NCBI GenBank assembly: GCA_038134595.1
Contig: JAYPVM010000006.1
Coordinates: 64,001-128,000 of the forward strand
Direction: 5' to 3'
DNA from: Pseudomonadota bacterium
GTDB taxonomy: Bacteria > Bdellovibrionota_C > UBA2361 > OMII01
Length of the DNA: 64,000 bases
The translations under genes were made by a program, and so were the position numbers. Shown here one piece after another: positions 18,799-30,300 of this stretch (positions within the stretch are counted from its first letter, which is position 1; each line of letters starts with the position of its first letter). The notes under the pieces were generated by a model, which was not told the DNA's origin, did no database searches, and saw only the letters and a program-made list of their open reading frames with translations.

Positions 18799-20610
18799 TT
18801 ATCTATCATCTCCTAGTTTCAGAACCGCCAAGAATGCTTCCTGCGGAATCGACACCTTTCCTACTTGCTTCATCCGCTTTTTGCCCTCTTTTTGCTTTTC
18901 GAGCAGCTTTCGCTTTCGAGTTATGTCTCCACCATAGCACTTCGCCGTCACATTCTTTCTAAGCGCCTTTACCGTACTACGCGCAATAACCTTTGTTCCT
19001 ATTGATGCCTGAATAGCAATCTCAAACATCTGTCTATCGATTATATCTCGTAGCTTTTCGGTTAGTTCCTTTCCGCGATAATACGCTTTATCACGATGCA
19101 CTATGATACTTAAAGCATCGACAATCTCTCCATTTAACTTTATATCAAGTTTCACCAAATCTGCAGGCTGATAGCCTATGATTTCATAGTCAAATGAGGC
19201 GTATCCCTTAGTCATTGATTTCAAGCGGTCGTGAAAGTCTAAGACTATCTCATTTAGAGGAATCTCATAGGTGATAACAGCCCGTTCCATCCCGTGGAAA
19301 GCAAGATCCCTCTGCACTCCTCTCCGATCTTCACACAATGACAAAACGTTACCCACAAACTCCTTTGGACAGTGAATTGTTGCCTGCACCACCGGCTCTT
19401 CAATTCGATCGATTTCTTGCGTTGGTGGCATCTTCGATGGATTATCAACATCCAAAACAACGCCATCTTCTTTATGAATCTTATACACCACTGAAGGGGC
19501 TGTAGTGATAAGATTAAGTTCAAATTCACGCTCTAATCGCTCTTGCACTATCTCCATATGCAAAAGGCCAAGATAGCCACAACGATATCCAAATCCCAAT
19601 GCAACGGAGGTTTCCGGCTCAAATGTAAAGGCACTGTCATTGAGGCTTAATTTTTCAAGCGCAACCTTAAGAGCGGCATAATCATCGGAATCTACCGGGA
19701 ACAGCCCACCAAAAACCATGGGCTGCACCTCCTTAAATCCCGGCAAAGGCTCAACATCGCCATTCTTACTGTGAGTAACGGTATCTCCAATCTTGACGTC
19801 TCGAAGTGTCTTTACAGCTGCGGAGAAAAATCCAACCTCACCACTTCGAAGCGTCTTGACCTCTGTGGCATGTGGTGTGAAAACTCCCAGCTTGTACACC
19901 TCATATTCTCGATCGGTAACAACAAAGCGTATATCATCCCCTGGCTCAATTGCCCCATCGATTACTCTAACCTGCACCACAACTCCAAGATACGGGTCAA
20001 ACCACGAATCATATACCAGGGCTCGTAATGGCGCATCAGCAGAGCCTCTCGAGGGCGGTGGCACCCGCTTGACAATAGCTTCTAATACCTCTGGGACTCC
20101 TATGCCAGTTTTTGCACTGATCGTCAGTGCATCCGAAGTATCTAGCCCAATAACAGCTTCAATCTCTTCCTTGATCCTCTCAGCATCGGCATTAGGGAGG
20201 TCGATCTTATTCAAAACCGGAATGATTTCTAAATCGTGCTCAAGGGCAAGGTATACGTTTGCCAACGTCTGTGCCTCTACACCTTGTGAAGCATCAACAA
20301 CTAACAGCGCACCCTCACAGGCTGAGAGGCTTTTTGACACTTCGTAGTTAAAATCGACGTGCCCCGGGGTATCGATAAGATTTAGCTGATAATTAACGCC
20401 GTCACTCCCCTTATAGCTTAGACGGACCGTTTGAGCCTTAATAGTAATGCCTCGTTCCCTTTCCAAGTCTAACTTGTCGAGGATTTGCGACTGCATCTCA
20501 CGCTTCTGGAGCGCTCCAGTCACTTCCAGGATCCTATCAGCAAGCGTCGATTTTCCGTGGTCGATATGGGCTATAATACTGAAATTGCGAATTCTACTTC
20601 GTTCTGTCAC
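18799..20610 (-). CDS. lepA: translation elongation factor 4 (LepA)
   Basis: [32 protein letters not shown] and [18 protein letters not shown]. Confidence 0.99.
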   Translation of the reverse strand: MTERSRIRNFSIIAHIDHGKSTLADRILEVTGALQKREMQSQILDKLDLERERGITIKAQTVRLSYKGSDGVNYQLNLIDTPGHVDFNYEVSKSLSACEGALLVVDASQGVEAQTLANVYLALEHDLEIIPVLNKIDLPNADAERIKEEIEAVIGLDTSDALTISAKTGIGVPEVLEAIVKRVPPPSRGSADAPLRALVYDSWFDPYLGVVVQVRVIDGAIEPGDDIRFVVTDREYEVYKLGVFTPHATEVKTLRSGEVGFFSAAVKTLRDVKIGDTVTHSKNGDVEPLPGFKEVQPMVFGGLFPVDSDDYAALKVALEKLSLNDSAFTFEPETSVALGFGYRCGYLGLLHMEIVQERLEREFELNLITTAPSVVYKIHKEDGVVLDVDNPSKMPPTQEIDRIEEPVVQATIHCPKEFVGNVLSLCEDRRGVQRDLAFHGMERAVITYEIPLNEIVLDFHDRLKSMTKGYASFDYEIIGYQPADLVKLDIKLNGEIVDALSIIVHRDKAYYRGKELTEKLRDIIDRQMFEIAIQASIGTKVIARSTVKALRKNVTAKCYGGDITRKRKLLEKQKEGKKRMKQVGKVSIPQEAFLAVLKLGDDR

Positions 20611-20628
20611 AAAAAATATCCAGCTCTA

Positions 20629-21579
20629 TTACGCAGTCTGTTTCAACGCTCGTAAGCGAGCATCAAAGTCGGCAATCGTACGTTTTAATCCCTCGTCCAG
20701 GAGCACACTGGGCTCCCATTTTAACTCCCGTTTCGCAAGTGAGATATCTGGCTTTCGTCGAGTCGGGTCATCGGTAGGGAGCGGGCGCAAAACGACCTTG
20801 GATGACGATCCGGTTAATTCAATTATCTTCTTAGCTAGATCGATAATTGTCATCTCATTCGGATTACCCAGATTAACCGGGCCATAGAATCCTTCTCGAT
20901 TCATCGCACCCATGATCCCCCGAACCAGATCATCGACAAAACAAAACGACCGAGTCTGCAAGCCTTCTCCGTATACCGTAATATCCTCACCTTTTAGTGC
21001 CTGTACGATGAAATTCGATACTACTCTCCCATCATCAAACAACATCCGAGGGCCGTATGTGTTAAATATCCGTACGATCCTAGCGTCAACTGTACCCTGC
21101 TCTTTATAATTGAACGAGAGGGTCTCAGCGACTCGCTTGCCTTCATCATAACAGCTTCTTGGCCCGACAGGATTCACATTACCCCAGTACGTCTCGCACT
21201 GTGGATGCTCCAGAGGGTCTCCATACACCTCCGAAGTCGAAGCCAATAAGAAGCGTGACTTAGTACGCTTGGCCAAGCCCAGCATATTCAGAGTACCTGT
21301 AACGCTTGTTTTAATAGTCTTTATTGGATTGTACTGATAGTGAATCGGGGAAGCAGGACACGCCAAATGGTACACTTGATCACACTCAAGCCACAATGGT
21401 TGGGTTACGTCGTGACGTACAAAGTCAAAATTTGGATCATCCAAAAACCCATAAATGTTGGCCTTGGTCCCGGTAAAAAGGTTATCTACGGCTATGACCT
21501 CATGCCCCTCCGAAAGCAGTTCACCACAGAGGTGTGAACCAATAAAACCAGCACCACCAGTAACCACTATCCTTGCCAT
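20629..21579 (-). CDS. uxs: UDP-glucuronate decarboxylase (UDP-xylose synthase) family SDR
   Basis: [33 protein letters not shown] and [10 protein letters not shown]. Confidence 0.92.
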   Translation of the reverse strand: MARIVVTGGAGFIGSHLCGELLSEGHEVIAVDNLFTGTKANIYGFLDDPNFDFVRHDVTQPLWLECDQVYHLACPASPIHYQYNPIKTIKTSVTGTLNMLGLAKRTKSRFLLASTSEVYGDPLEHPQCETYWGNVNPVGPRSCYDEGKRVAETLSFNYKEQGTVDARIVRIFNTYGPRMLFDDGRVVSNFIVQALKGEDITVYGEGLQTRSFCFVDDLVRGIMGAMNREGFYGPVNLGNPNEMTIIDLAKKIIELTGSSSKVVLRPLPTDDPTRRKPDISLAKRELKWEPSVLLDEGLKRTIADFDARLRALKQTA

Positions 21580-21620
21580 GCGTCGTACCTCTTATCCCTT
21601 GTATTGCGTTTTGCTCTCTA

Positions 21621-22946
21621 TCAGGAGCCCCGTACCACGGGCCGTCCGATGCTGTAGTATGTAAAGCCTAATGACTGCATATCCTCAAGCTCATACAGAT
21701 TCCTTCCGTCAAATATGACAGGAGACTGCAATGCAGTCTTGATACGATCGAAATTCGGCTGACGAAATGAATTCCATTCAGTGCATATAATCAAGGCATC
21801 GGCCCCGTTTAGGGCCTCGTAATTATCCTGACAGTAGGAAATTTGCGGATTAGCCCCGAAGCGCTCATTAAAGGTTCCATTAGCCTCTGGATCATGGGCA
21901 CGAACAGTAGCGCCTAATCGAACCAAGTCCTCACATAAAACTAGTGCCGGCGCATCACGAACATCATCGGTTTTAGGCTTAAATGCCAACCCCCATACGG
22001 CAACAGTCTTCCCGTTTAAATTATCAGCTCCAAAATGCTCCACCACCTTGGAGGTCATTACTTTCTTCTGTTGATGATTTGTCTGCTCCACGGCTTCTGA
22101 AATCCTCATCGGCACATCATGTTCCAATCCGGTTCGAACAAGCGCCTGAACATCCTTTGGAAAGCACGAACCACCGTATCCCATCCCCGGAAAGATAAAA
22201 CTCATTCCGATTCGCGAATCGGTTCCGATTCCTAATCGCACCTTATCTATATCAGCACCCGCCTGCTCACACAGATTAGCAACTTCATTCATAAATGAAA
22301 TCCGGAGAGCCAGCATTGCATTTGCAGCATACTTAGTCATTTCTGCAGATTTGATATCCATGACAAGAATAGGATTATTATTCCTCACAAATGGCGCATA
22401 CAATTCACGCATCACTTCAGCTACCTTATCATCGGCGGCCCCAATGACGACTCGATCTGGACGCAGAAAATCATCTATCGCCGCACCCTCCTTTAAAAAC
22501 TCAGGATTGCTGACAACATGAACAGGATGTGATGAAACGCTTTCGATTGCAGCCCGCACCTTATCTGCGGTACCTACTGGCACTGTCGACTTATCCACAA
22601 CTATCTTTGTGCCATTCATATGCTGACCGATACCCAGTGCAACATTGAGAACATGAGACAGGTCGGCTGAGCCATCCTCATCCTGTGGGGTACCGACTGC
22701 AATAAAGATAATCTGTGAGCTCTCGACGGCATCTTTTAGCGACGTCGAAAACTTCAGGCGCCCGGCCTTCGCATTGCCCTGAACAAGTTCCTCTAATCCT
22801 GGTTCGTATATTGGTATCTGCCCATTTTTAAGCGCAGTTATTTTTTCTTGATTAACATCAACACACACAACGTCATTACCGGTTTCGGCAAAACATGCCC
22901 CGGCCACCAATCCAACATATCCAGTTCCTACAATCGCAATATTCAT
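21621..22946 (-). CDS. ugd: UDP-glucose 6-dehydrogenase
   Basis: GTGYVG, KSTVPVGT, NPEFLKEG, GYGGSCFPKD and FKPKTDD. Confidence 0.96.
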   Translation of the reverse strand: MNIAIVGTGYVGLVAGACFAETGNDVVCVDVNQEKITALKNGQIPIYEPGLEELVQGNAKAGRLKFSTSLKDAVESSQIIFIAVGTPQDEDGSADLSHVLNVALGIGQHMNGTKIVVDKSTVPVGTADKVRAAIESVSSHPVHVVSNPEFLKEGAAIDDFLRPDRVVIGAADDKVAEVMRELYAPFVRNNNPILVMDIKSAEMTKYAANAMLALRISFMNEVANLCEQAGADIDKVRLGIGTDSRIGMSFIFPGMGYGGSCFPKDVQALVRTGLEHDVPMRISEAVEQTNHQQKKVMTSKVVEHFGADNLNGKTVAVWGLAFKPKTDDVRDAPALVLCEDLVRLGATVRAHDPEANGTFNERFGANPQISYCQDNYEALNGADALIICTEWNSFRQPNFDRIKTALQSPVIFDGRNLYELEDMQSLGFTYYSIGRPVVRGS

Positions 22947-23214
22947 CTTACTTCCTCGTGATTATACTTTCGTGACTCATGGCTGCCAGCCTTGCTTTTG
23001 GAACCTATACTCTCGGCACATCGTGTGCGAAACAATCGACACTACTCAAGTGTGGCAGAATATAGCCCAAGTCAAAGGGGAGATCAAAGAGGGATTGCAG
23101 TCCCAGAGAAGTCGCCCCTCCCCTTCATGCCTGGCAGTTTAAACGATAAAAACCTAGCATATATAAGCGATTTGTCTGCATGTTAGAGCATAGCATCAAG
23201 GTAGCACATAGAAA

Positions 23215-25539
23215 CTACCACCCAAGCACAGCAAGCGTCCTATCTCCAATGGCCTCCTGGTAAACACCCCCTTCGAGCCCACGCTGTTCATCTAATCGCT
23301 TAAAATCACCAGCATCCAATGAAAAGAGCGTAAGAGTTGGATTGTGAAAACCATAGGTACCAGCAGGCGCCTCAAACTGCCTAATAACAGGCACTTCGGA
23401 GAAGATCTCTCTAAACCGCTGTCGCAGTATCGCTGCACTTTCTGGCTGACTGAAATAACGGTCATAAAACAAGCTCGACAACACAAGGTATTGAGCTCCG
23501 GAACTTCTTAATCGACCGACGGACAGATCCTGTATGATCCTCGCCCTCGGAATGTGTTCGACATTAAAAAATTTACCGTGAAAGTTTGGACAATACGGCT
23601 TCCAGTCCATTAAGACTTTTGAATCGTGTGGCAAGTTATGGATCATCCAAGTTGCTAATTGCTCTCGAGTATCATTTGTTACATCTCTTGCCAACAAAAC
23701 GCTTCGGGCAAGTGGAAACGAACCAAGAACGAATATAAAAAGAACCGCACCATACCTTAGCAATACCGTTCTATCCCTTCTCAACTGCTCACAAACGACA
23801 GCTATACCGATCGCCATAAACGGCAAACAGGGCAGAATATACCTCTCCGGCTGGGGAGCTGGTTTAGCCTTAACAAACTCTGCGGGAAGATAAAATAAAA
23901 GTGCCATGGAAACGACAATTAGGTCCTCTAGCTTCGACCTCCTGATCAGAAATCCCAAAGCAACACAACTGACAACCGTAATTGGCAGGGTCATTCCCGG
24001 TCGGATACTTCGCCACAAATGATAACACCAAAGCTGAGACCACGCGGAAATAGTTACGGTATGACCGGTCTGCATGTGTCTTGATTCAGAATGAAAATCT
24101 TTCAAGAATTTAGCCGAATTCAGCACAGAGAACGGCGTAGTTGCTATAAAGCCCAACGGCGCTACACATACTGAGAAGATAGCAATAGCGAGCCACCGCT
24201 TGTCAGGTTTAATACTACGGGAGCTAATCCACGGCGCAGTAGCAGGTATACCCACCATTAGTAGTCCGGAATACTTAACTCCCGCTGATGCTCCCGCAAG
24301 AAGTCCTGCAACGACCAAAAGCCATCGTTTGTTTGTTTGTACAGCGACTAATGTTGTCCACAAACACATCAAGACGACAAATGTCAACAAAGCGTCTTCC
24401 TTCATATACCGACTACATGTGACATGTAGCGGAAACGTCGCGAGCAAGAGTGCTCCTATAGCTCCGACCATCCGAGAATATAACCGCGTCCCGATTAAAT
24501 AGACTAAAATTACAGAGCCAATCCCAGCCGTTGCACTAACGAGCCTCCCTGCCAAAAAGGCAGTTTCCCGAAAGCTACCTTCTACGCCCAACCAATGCAG
24601 AAGCACATTTACCGCATAGCTTGAATAAAGAAGTAGAGAGGGATGTAAAAAATACTGTGGATCAAGGGTATTTTGATCCACCATCCTCATAATGGCATTA
24701 ACTTTTGGCACCTCATCTGGATGGAAATTTGCCGGCAAGCCGAATGTAATTCCATATAATCTGAGCGAGGCCGCCACTACCACCGCAAGTAGGAGCACAC
24801 CCATAGAGACAATTCTTGAATCCTCATCTTCCTGCACCCTTCTCTGAAGGTATCCCCACATACCAACTAGCATCCCCAAGCTAAGAACCATCACAGGCGG
24901 AAATTTAGACGGGGCGACATCCGAGAAAAAAACGAGCCCGCCCGCCAATATCCCTATTGCGGTAAGGGCAACAAGGCTTGAGAGCCCTGATTTTTGCGCA
25001 ACATACCGAGTGAAAAATCCAAGTCCAGCAAAAAACCCCGCAACCACTGCAATCAACCACCAACCAACAAGTGGAAGGCCTATCCACGAGTTAATAGAAA
25101 CCGACGCTAGGTGTGTTCCCAATAATCTTGGCTTACTCTCTGTTACGGGCTGAAAGAATCGAAGAGACTTAATCTTTAGATGCAGAGGACTGCATCCAAA
25201 TGGCAACGACAGCTTAATTGGTGCTGCCCCGCCGATTTCAAAGTTTTTCCAGGAGCCATCGCAAACAGAAATTGCAACCAGAGGGACCTCATTTGCTCCA
25301 GGCCGAATATGGCCGAAATGCAACGCGATACGATTCCCGATCCCAGCAAAATTCGATACCGCAATACGAAGTTCCTCTCCTACCCATCCATCATGAGTAA
25401 TGTCCCCCTTGCTTATTCCCTGCAAATCATGTCCAGAAAACGAATGTTTCGAAAGTGTGCCAGTAGAGGCAATCGAAGCAAGCATGCTAACGACGAAAAT
25501 AAGGGCGAGTCGACTCAAGCGACCCATTTTGACCTGCAT
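23215..25539 (-). CDS. ArnT/PMT-like (GT-C, GT39/83) membrane glycosyltransferase with N-terminal extracytoplasmic domain
   Basis: LRL-G--FGLP--FHPDE motif, many TM helices, KEDALL, GVKY and ERYILP. Confidence 0.82.
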   Translation of the reverse strand: MQVKMGRLSRLALIFVVSMLASIASTGTLSKHSFSGHDLQGISKGDITHDGWVGEELRIAVSNFAGIGNRIALHFGHIRPGANEVPLVAISVCDGSWKNFEIGGAAPIKLSLPFGCSPLHLKIKSLRFFQPVTESKPRLLGTHLASVSINSWIGLPLVGWWLIAVVAGFFAGLGFFTRYVAQKSGLSSLVALTAIGILAGGLVFFSDVAPSKFPPVMVLSLGMLVGMWGYLQRRVQEDEDSRIVSMGVLLLAVVVAASLRLYGITFGLPANFHPDEVPKVNAIMRMVDQNTLDPQYFLHPSLLLYSSYAVNVLLHWLGVEGSFRETAFLAGRLVSATAGIGSVILVYLIGTRLYSRMVGAIGALLLATFPLHVTCSRYMKEDALLTFVVLMCLWTTLVAVQTNKRWLLVVAGLLAGASAGVKYSGLLMVGIPATAPWISSRSIKPDKRWLAIAIFSVCVAPLGFIATTPFSVLNSAKFLKDFHSESRHMQTGHTVTISAWSQLWCYHLWRSIRPGMTLPITVVSCVALGFLIRRSKLEDLIVVSMALLFYLPAEFVKAKPAPQPERYILPCLPFMAIGIAVVCEQLRRDRTVLLRYGAVLFIFVLGSFPLARSVLLARDVTNDTREQLATWMIHNLPHDSKVLMDWKPYCPNFHGKFFNVEHIPRARIIQDLSVGRLRSSGAQYLVLSSLFYDRYFSQPESAAILRQRFREIFSEVPVIRQFEAPAGTYGFHNPTLTLFSLDAGDFKRLDEQRGLEGGVYQEAIGDRTLAVLGW

Positions 25540-25565
25540 GAAAACCTCTCTCTCTCTTATTCTCT

Positions 25566-27575
25566 CTAGCTTGATACCTTGCGCGCTTCAAGCATCTTTG
25601 CGACAACTACTGGCTCGCTTCCGCTATTTTGTCGGTGCCTGTTCATGGCCACTCGAATCGGGTCCTGCGGCGGAGACCAGCCTCGGCTACGAAGATAGGA
25701 TGTTAACTCCTTAACGTCGACAATAATAGAGGTCTTATCTACAAACACGACGAAAGGATACTGCTCCTTATCGACCCCTTTTCTTGGTAACGAGTAGAAA
25801 AGCAATTCCTCAGACGGACGCGACGTCAACTCCTTCACAACTTTGTCTAATGGCGGAAAGTACGTTGCCTTACTGAGCTTCTCTGGGCGAAAATCCTCTC
25901 GTCGGTATACAAAGTGGGTAACCCCTTCGGGAGCAAGGAGCGTGACTAGCTCCTGCAATGAAGTCGCATAATGAGCTCGAAGCGAAATCTCGCTCCGACG
26001 CCTCATCTCCAGATTGTAGCGTGGATAGAACGGCTGTGAAGTCTCGGTAGTCACCAATGCTCTTCTTATCCCAAACAATTGCATTCCATCACAGTGAGTC
26101 GGGTGACAAGCTATCAAGGAATCAGACGGAGTATTGTCTCGAATCCACTCATACATCTTTCCGCGCTTGTAAAAGTGATAATTGAAATTAGCATCACCCT
26201 GCAAGCCATTACCTGAGCAGAGAAAAACCACAGCTCCCACGACGGTAAAACTAATAAGAGCACCCCAACAGCTACGAAGCGTATCAGCTTTACCCCCTGT
26301 ATTGCAGAGATTGGCTTCTCGCTTTTCCCGTTTCACGAACAAGCGCCAAATACCGACACAGAAAGCGGTAATAAGAACAACGACCATCGGGATTTGCAAA
26401 TGTCTATCTGGCACAAACAGCCAAAAAGCCACAAGGCGAGACAAGAAATACGTACATGACGCAGCCAAACCAAAAAAGAAAACTTCTGCTGGAAAGACCA
26501 ATCGCCTTCTCAGTGCGCCAGCTCCGGCTATCAGCAGTAAACTACCGGGGACAGCCCACCACATAATCTCTCGCAAGAAAACCGGAGGTCGAAAAAGCCG
26601 TCCGATAAACGCCTGCAAGCCAAAAATTTTATACTCCGATAAGATGGGCCTTAGCGGCAGAAACGGAAATCTACCAAAAGGCTTTTGGAATTCAGGCATA
26701 CTAGCCGCTTCCGAAAAAGACACCATTTGACCAATATGCGCTGGTCGCTGAACAACTAGCAGAGCAACAAACACAAAAAGCGGGACAAGTGCTATTGATT
26801 GCACCAACACCTTACGGGCGGTTCTTCGCTCCTCCCCTCGACTACTAACGGCTCGCCATATCAAAAGAAAACCGTATGCCACACCAACAATCAAAGCCCC
26901 TGGCGGATTCAACATCGAACCAACAAGAATTGTTCCCAAACAAGCCCAATGATTTCGCGTGGTCGCAAAGTAGAGAAACGCCGTAAAAATCGCCGGCGTC
27001 CAACCGCGCGGCAACCCCCCCGTCATCCGCTGCATAGTGTTGCGAGAGTGTAAAAGCCAAACAACTGATAGAAAAGCTGGCACCATGGCATTGTTAGACA
27101 GCCGCCGCACCGCCAAAAACAGAAATGTTACTGCAAGACCCACTTGCAACAACATAATCCAATGCCCCGTCATGATCGGGTTTTTGGTAGCCAATGTTAC
27201 GACAAAACTAAGCCAATAGTGTACGGGCGGTAAACATCCCCGCATAACTTCAGCAATCAAGTCATTACTAAATCTCCCGGGATACAGAGCATCATACAAA
27301 GGAAAAGTCTGCTGTGTCGCATCGTCGGTAGTCCATAGGGGATGAAACCACCGTCCCTGTAAACTAGTTAAAAATGCCGCAGCGTAGTACACAAGCAAGG
27401 CGCCGGACAAAAGAATCGGGGTGGTAACATACCTACGCACCCAACCCCACAAATACATTATGCCATTAACTCGGTCGTGATTGCCGGCCGCTCCCTGCGC
27501 CGTCTTAACTGCATGGGCAGGCGATTGAGAAGAAAGAGCATCTTCGGAGACGTTAACTGGACTACTCTGCATCAA
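25566..27575 (-). CDS. multi-pass membrane protein, probable GT-C fold glycosyltransferase
   Basis: DD motif (TTDDATQQ) after the first TM, about 11 TMs, FVPDRH and a C-terminal soluble domain (WIRDNTP-D-LI). Confidence 0.65.
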   Translation of the reverse strand: MMQSSPVNVSEDALSSQSPAHAVKTAQGAAGNHDRVNGIMYLWGWVRRYVTTPILLSGALLVYYAAAFLTSLQGRWFHPLWTTDDATQQTFPLYDALYPGRFSNDLIAEVMRGCLPPVHYWLSFVVTLATKNPIMTGHWIMLLQVGLAVTFLFLAVRRLSNNAMVPAFLSVVWLLHSRNTMQRMTGGLPRGWTPAIFTAFLYFATTRNHWACLGTILVGSMLNPPGALIVGVAYGFLLIWRAVSSRGEERRTARKVLVQSIALVPLFVFVALLVVQRPAHIGQMVSFSEAASMPEFQKPFGRFPFLPLRPILSEYKIFGLQAFIGRLFRPPVFLREIMWWAVPGSLLLIAGAGALRRRLVFPAEVFFFGLAASCTYFLSRLVAFWLFVPDRHLQIPMVVVLITAFCVGIWRLFVKREKREANLCNTGGKADTLRSCWGALISFTVVGAVVFLCSGNGLQGDANFNYHFYKRGKMYEWIRDNTPSDSLIACHPTHCDGMQLFGIRRALVTTETSQPFYPRYNLEMRRRSEISLRAHYATSLQELVTLLAPEGVTHFVYRREDFRPEKLSKATYFPPLDKVVKELTSRPSEELLFYSLPRKGVDKEQYPFVVFVDKTSIIVDVKELTSYLRSRGWSPPQDPIRVAMNRHRQNSGSEPVVVAKMLEARKVSS

Positions 27576-28097
27576 ACTGAACCTTTCGGACTATAACTTC
27601 TTGCAAGAATCGACGACTAGAACAGACAATCAAACACTATCTCCGACTAAGGAAGTTTCGTGCCTACCTGTTTTGGGCTAGGTTATCCGTCCATAGGAGC
27701 TTAGTCAAACCCCATAAAGTACCGAAACCGCACAAAATACAGGCATTTAAAAAAGACTTTTGCGCCACAGGCAAACTACAGCCGAGTAGCATTTCAATCT
27801 CGCTGTTAAAAAACAACGAGCATAGCCAACAATACACCGATCAGGCGCTGCCTCTCGTGCCCCCCATTCTCGTACTTGCACCGAATATGGTTTCATTTAT
27901 CTCTCGATTTCACGCAATGATTCGTTAAATGACCAGCTCTCGCCCCCTCATAAGCCGGGCCGCTAGCCTATTGAACTTTACGACAAGAGAACTTAGCTTA
28001 CAAAAAAGATTATTTACTCTCTAGCGTAGTTTGCCAAAAAAAATTATTACGGTAAGCGTACACGATTAAACGTTATATTCTGATTGAGTATATTAAA

Positions 28098-28661
28098 ATG
28101 ACAAAAAGAACCTGGCTCCACGCCACACTGATAACAACGACACTAACCATCCTGACAGGCTGTGGTGGCGGCGGGAGCAATAGCAACGATAACTTTGTAG
28201 GAGCTGCGTCAGTAGTGGTTCGCACAGCACCTTCTCGAATAGACTCAGGAGACAGAACTCTGACCAGAATTGAAGTTTCATCTGTCCACGAAAACGGAAT
28301 CGCACTAAAGGTTCGCTTTCCGAGTGGTCTTCGATACGTTTCTGGCTCTGCCCTGCTAGAGGTTGACAATAGAGAGATTGACATTTCGCCCACTGTAAAT
28401 TCAATCGCACGCGCTGAAGACCAAACGTATTTAATCTTTTACCTCGAACAAAGCTTATTTAAGCGGGCCAACCAACCATACAACGGCGAATCGGGGACGG
28501 TTACTCTTCAACTTGAAGGTCGTGAGGAAGTTGAACGGGGCTCCATAGATATTGACGCAGATGTCGACGATCCGGCCGAGGATAATTCCACAGAGTTTGA
28601 CATAGAGAATCCTGAATTCATATCAGAGTCATCAGCGTCAATTGAGGTCATCGTTGAGTAA
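28098..28661 (+). CDS. lipoprotein with Ig-like (DUF11/cohesin-like) domain
   Basis: Lipobox LTGC followed by GGGG; FPSGLRYVSGS motif; acidic tail. Confidence 0.75.
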   Translation: MTKRTWLHATLITTTLTILTGCGGGGSNSNDNFVGAASVVVRTAPSRIDSGDRTLTRIEVSSVHENGIALKVRFPSGLRYVSGSALLEVDNREIDISPTVNSIARAEDQTYLIFYLEQSLFKRANQPYNGESGTVTLQLEGREEVERGSIDIDADVDDPAEDNSTEFDIENPEFISESSASIEVIVE

Positions 28662-28720
28662 GCGTTTAGTTTGACAAGCCCAAAAGGCATTTAACGGCAG
28701 CATAACGCCCCTCAATATAA

Positions 28721-28749
28721 TTGCGGATAATCAACAACTCTACTATGCT
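28721..28749 (+). promoter_or_regulatory. sigma70-like promoter of nuoF
   Basis: TTGCGG-17 bp-TATGCT. Confidence 0.45.
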
Positions 28750-28883
28750 ACCCGTGGGGGTCATTGTAACGGATACAACCTTGGAGCACAGAGAGCCTCG
28801 GGGAGCTATTGAAGCCTCCAGAAAGTACCGGCCTCACAGAGCCATTATCTTGCAAGAATTACCTTTTTAGATGAGGTGTAACA

Positions 28884-30203
28884 TTGGGCAATCACCGACA
28901 AATCCTTCTCGAACACATTAATAATCCAGATCAACACACCCTTGCCGGGTATGAATCTAGAGACGGCTATAAAGCCGTCCTGAAGACTCTGGCTATGGAG
29001 TCCTCTGCAATTATCGATGAAGTCAAAAACTCTGGTCTCCGAGGTCGAGGAGGCGCAGGATTTCCTGCCGGTCAAAAGTGGAGCTTTGTCCCTCGCGATA
29101 CTGGAAAACCCACGTACATCATTTGCAATGCGGACGAAAGCGAGCCTGGAACGTTTAAAGATCGTCTCTTACTTGAGAAAAACCCCCACGCAATAATCGA
29201 AGGAATGATGATTGCCGCCCTAGCTGTTGGGAGCAAATGGATGTGTGTATACATCCGTGGAGAATATGCATTTCCGTATACACAGCTCAAAAAGGCGGTC
29301 GACGAGTGCTATCAAAAGGGATATCTAGGGAAGAACATCTTTGGCTCTCAGCGCGAGCTTGAACTAGTGGTTCATCGCGGAGCTGGGGCCTACATATGTG
29401 GGGAAGAGACAGGGCTTATTGAGTCACTCGAGGGGAAGAAAGGACAGCCGAGATTAAAGCCCCCCTACTTTCCCGCCGTCTTGGGGCTATATCATGCGCC
29501 AACAGTGCTCAATAACGTTGAGACTTATGCCGCAGTTCCATGGATAATTCGGAACGGCGCGGAGGAATATGCAAAAATAGGTACAGAGAAATCAAAAGGG
29601 ACAAAGCTTGTTTCTGCCTCGGGACACATCAACAACCCAGGTGTGTACGAAATTGAGATGGGGTATCCATTCAAACGATTCCTTGAGGAGGAGTGTGGCG
29701 GCATGCTAGACGGTACCACACTAAAGGCCGTCATTCCGGGTGGGTCATCAGTACCGATTGTAAGAGCCGATGAGATTGAAGATGTAACCATGGATTATGA
29801 GGGATGGAACAAGCTTGGAACATTTTTGGGCTCAGGGGGAGTTATTGTTATCAACGATTCAGTTGATATGGTTGACGCCATCCGCAACCTCACTCACTTT
29901 TATGCCCATGAATCATGTGGGCAATGCACCCCGTGTCGCGAGGGAGGGCATTGGTTGGCGAAAACCTTCGACAGAATCCTTGATCAACGAGGAAAACCTA
30001 AAGACATAGAGTTCATTCAAACAGTAGTTAACCAAATTGCGGGACACACAATTTGCTTTTTGGGCGACTCCCTAGCAATGCCGATAAAGAGTTTTATGGC
30101 GAAGTTTCCGGAGGAATTCGCAGCTCTCACAGAACACAAGGAAAGCTCACCAACAAAGGACATACAGAGCAACCTGCATGCATCGTACAATCAAGGGGCA
30201 TAA
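28884..30203 (+). CDS. nuoF: NADH-quinone oxidoreductase subunit F
   Basis: GLRGRGGAGFP, CNADESEPGTFKDR, GAGAYICGEETG and ESCGQCTPCREG...TIC. TTG start with a GAGGTG RBS. Confidence 0.97.
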   Translation: MGNHRQILLEHINNPDQHTLAGYESRDGYKAVLKTLAMESSAIIDEVKNSGLRGRGGAGFPAGQKWSFVPRDTGKPTYIICNADESEPGTFKDRLLLEKNPHAIIEGMMIAALAVGSKWMCVYIRGEYAFPYTQLKKAVDECYQKGYLGKNIFGSQRELELVVHRGAGAYICGEETGLIESLEGKKGQPRLKPPYFPAVLGLYHAPTVLNNVETYAAVPWIIRNGAEEYAKIGTEKSKGTKLVSASGHINNPGVYEIEMGYPFKRFLEEECGGMLDGTTLKAVIPGGSSVPIVRADEIEDVTMDYEGWNKLGTFLGSGGVIVINDSVDMVDAIRNLTHFYAHESCGQCTPCREGGHWLAKTFDRILDQRGKPKDIEFIQTVVNQIAGHTICFLGDSLAMPIKSFMAKFPEEFAALTEHKESSPTKDIQSNLHASYNQGA

Positions 30204-30300
30204 GCATACAATGGCAGTCGCAGACTGTCTTGCAAGAAAAATCCGCTCGGCAGAGCCTCTCGCTCGAGGCTCAAGTAAGACCTGCACTGCTGTATTGGAC

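Noticed and set aside
28780..28845. SAM-I or glycine riboswitch-like words in the nuoF leader
   Set aside because: Core conserved elements (ATC-AGAG...GCAACC...GTGC, or CTCTCAGG) are absent.
30178..30300. N-terminal extension of the NAGPA-like ORF overlapping nuoF
   Set aside because: It overlaps the nuoF 3' end, has no family signal and lies far upstream of the signal-peptide-like segment; probably an ORF-calling extension.
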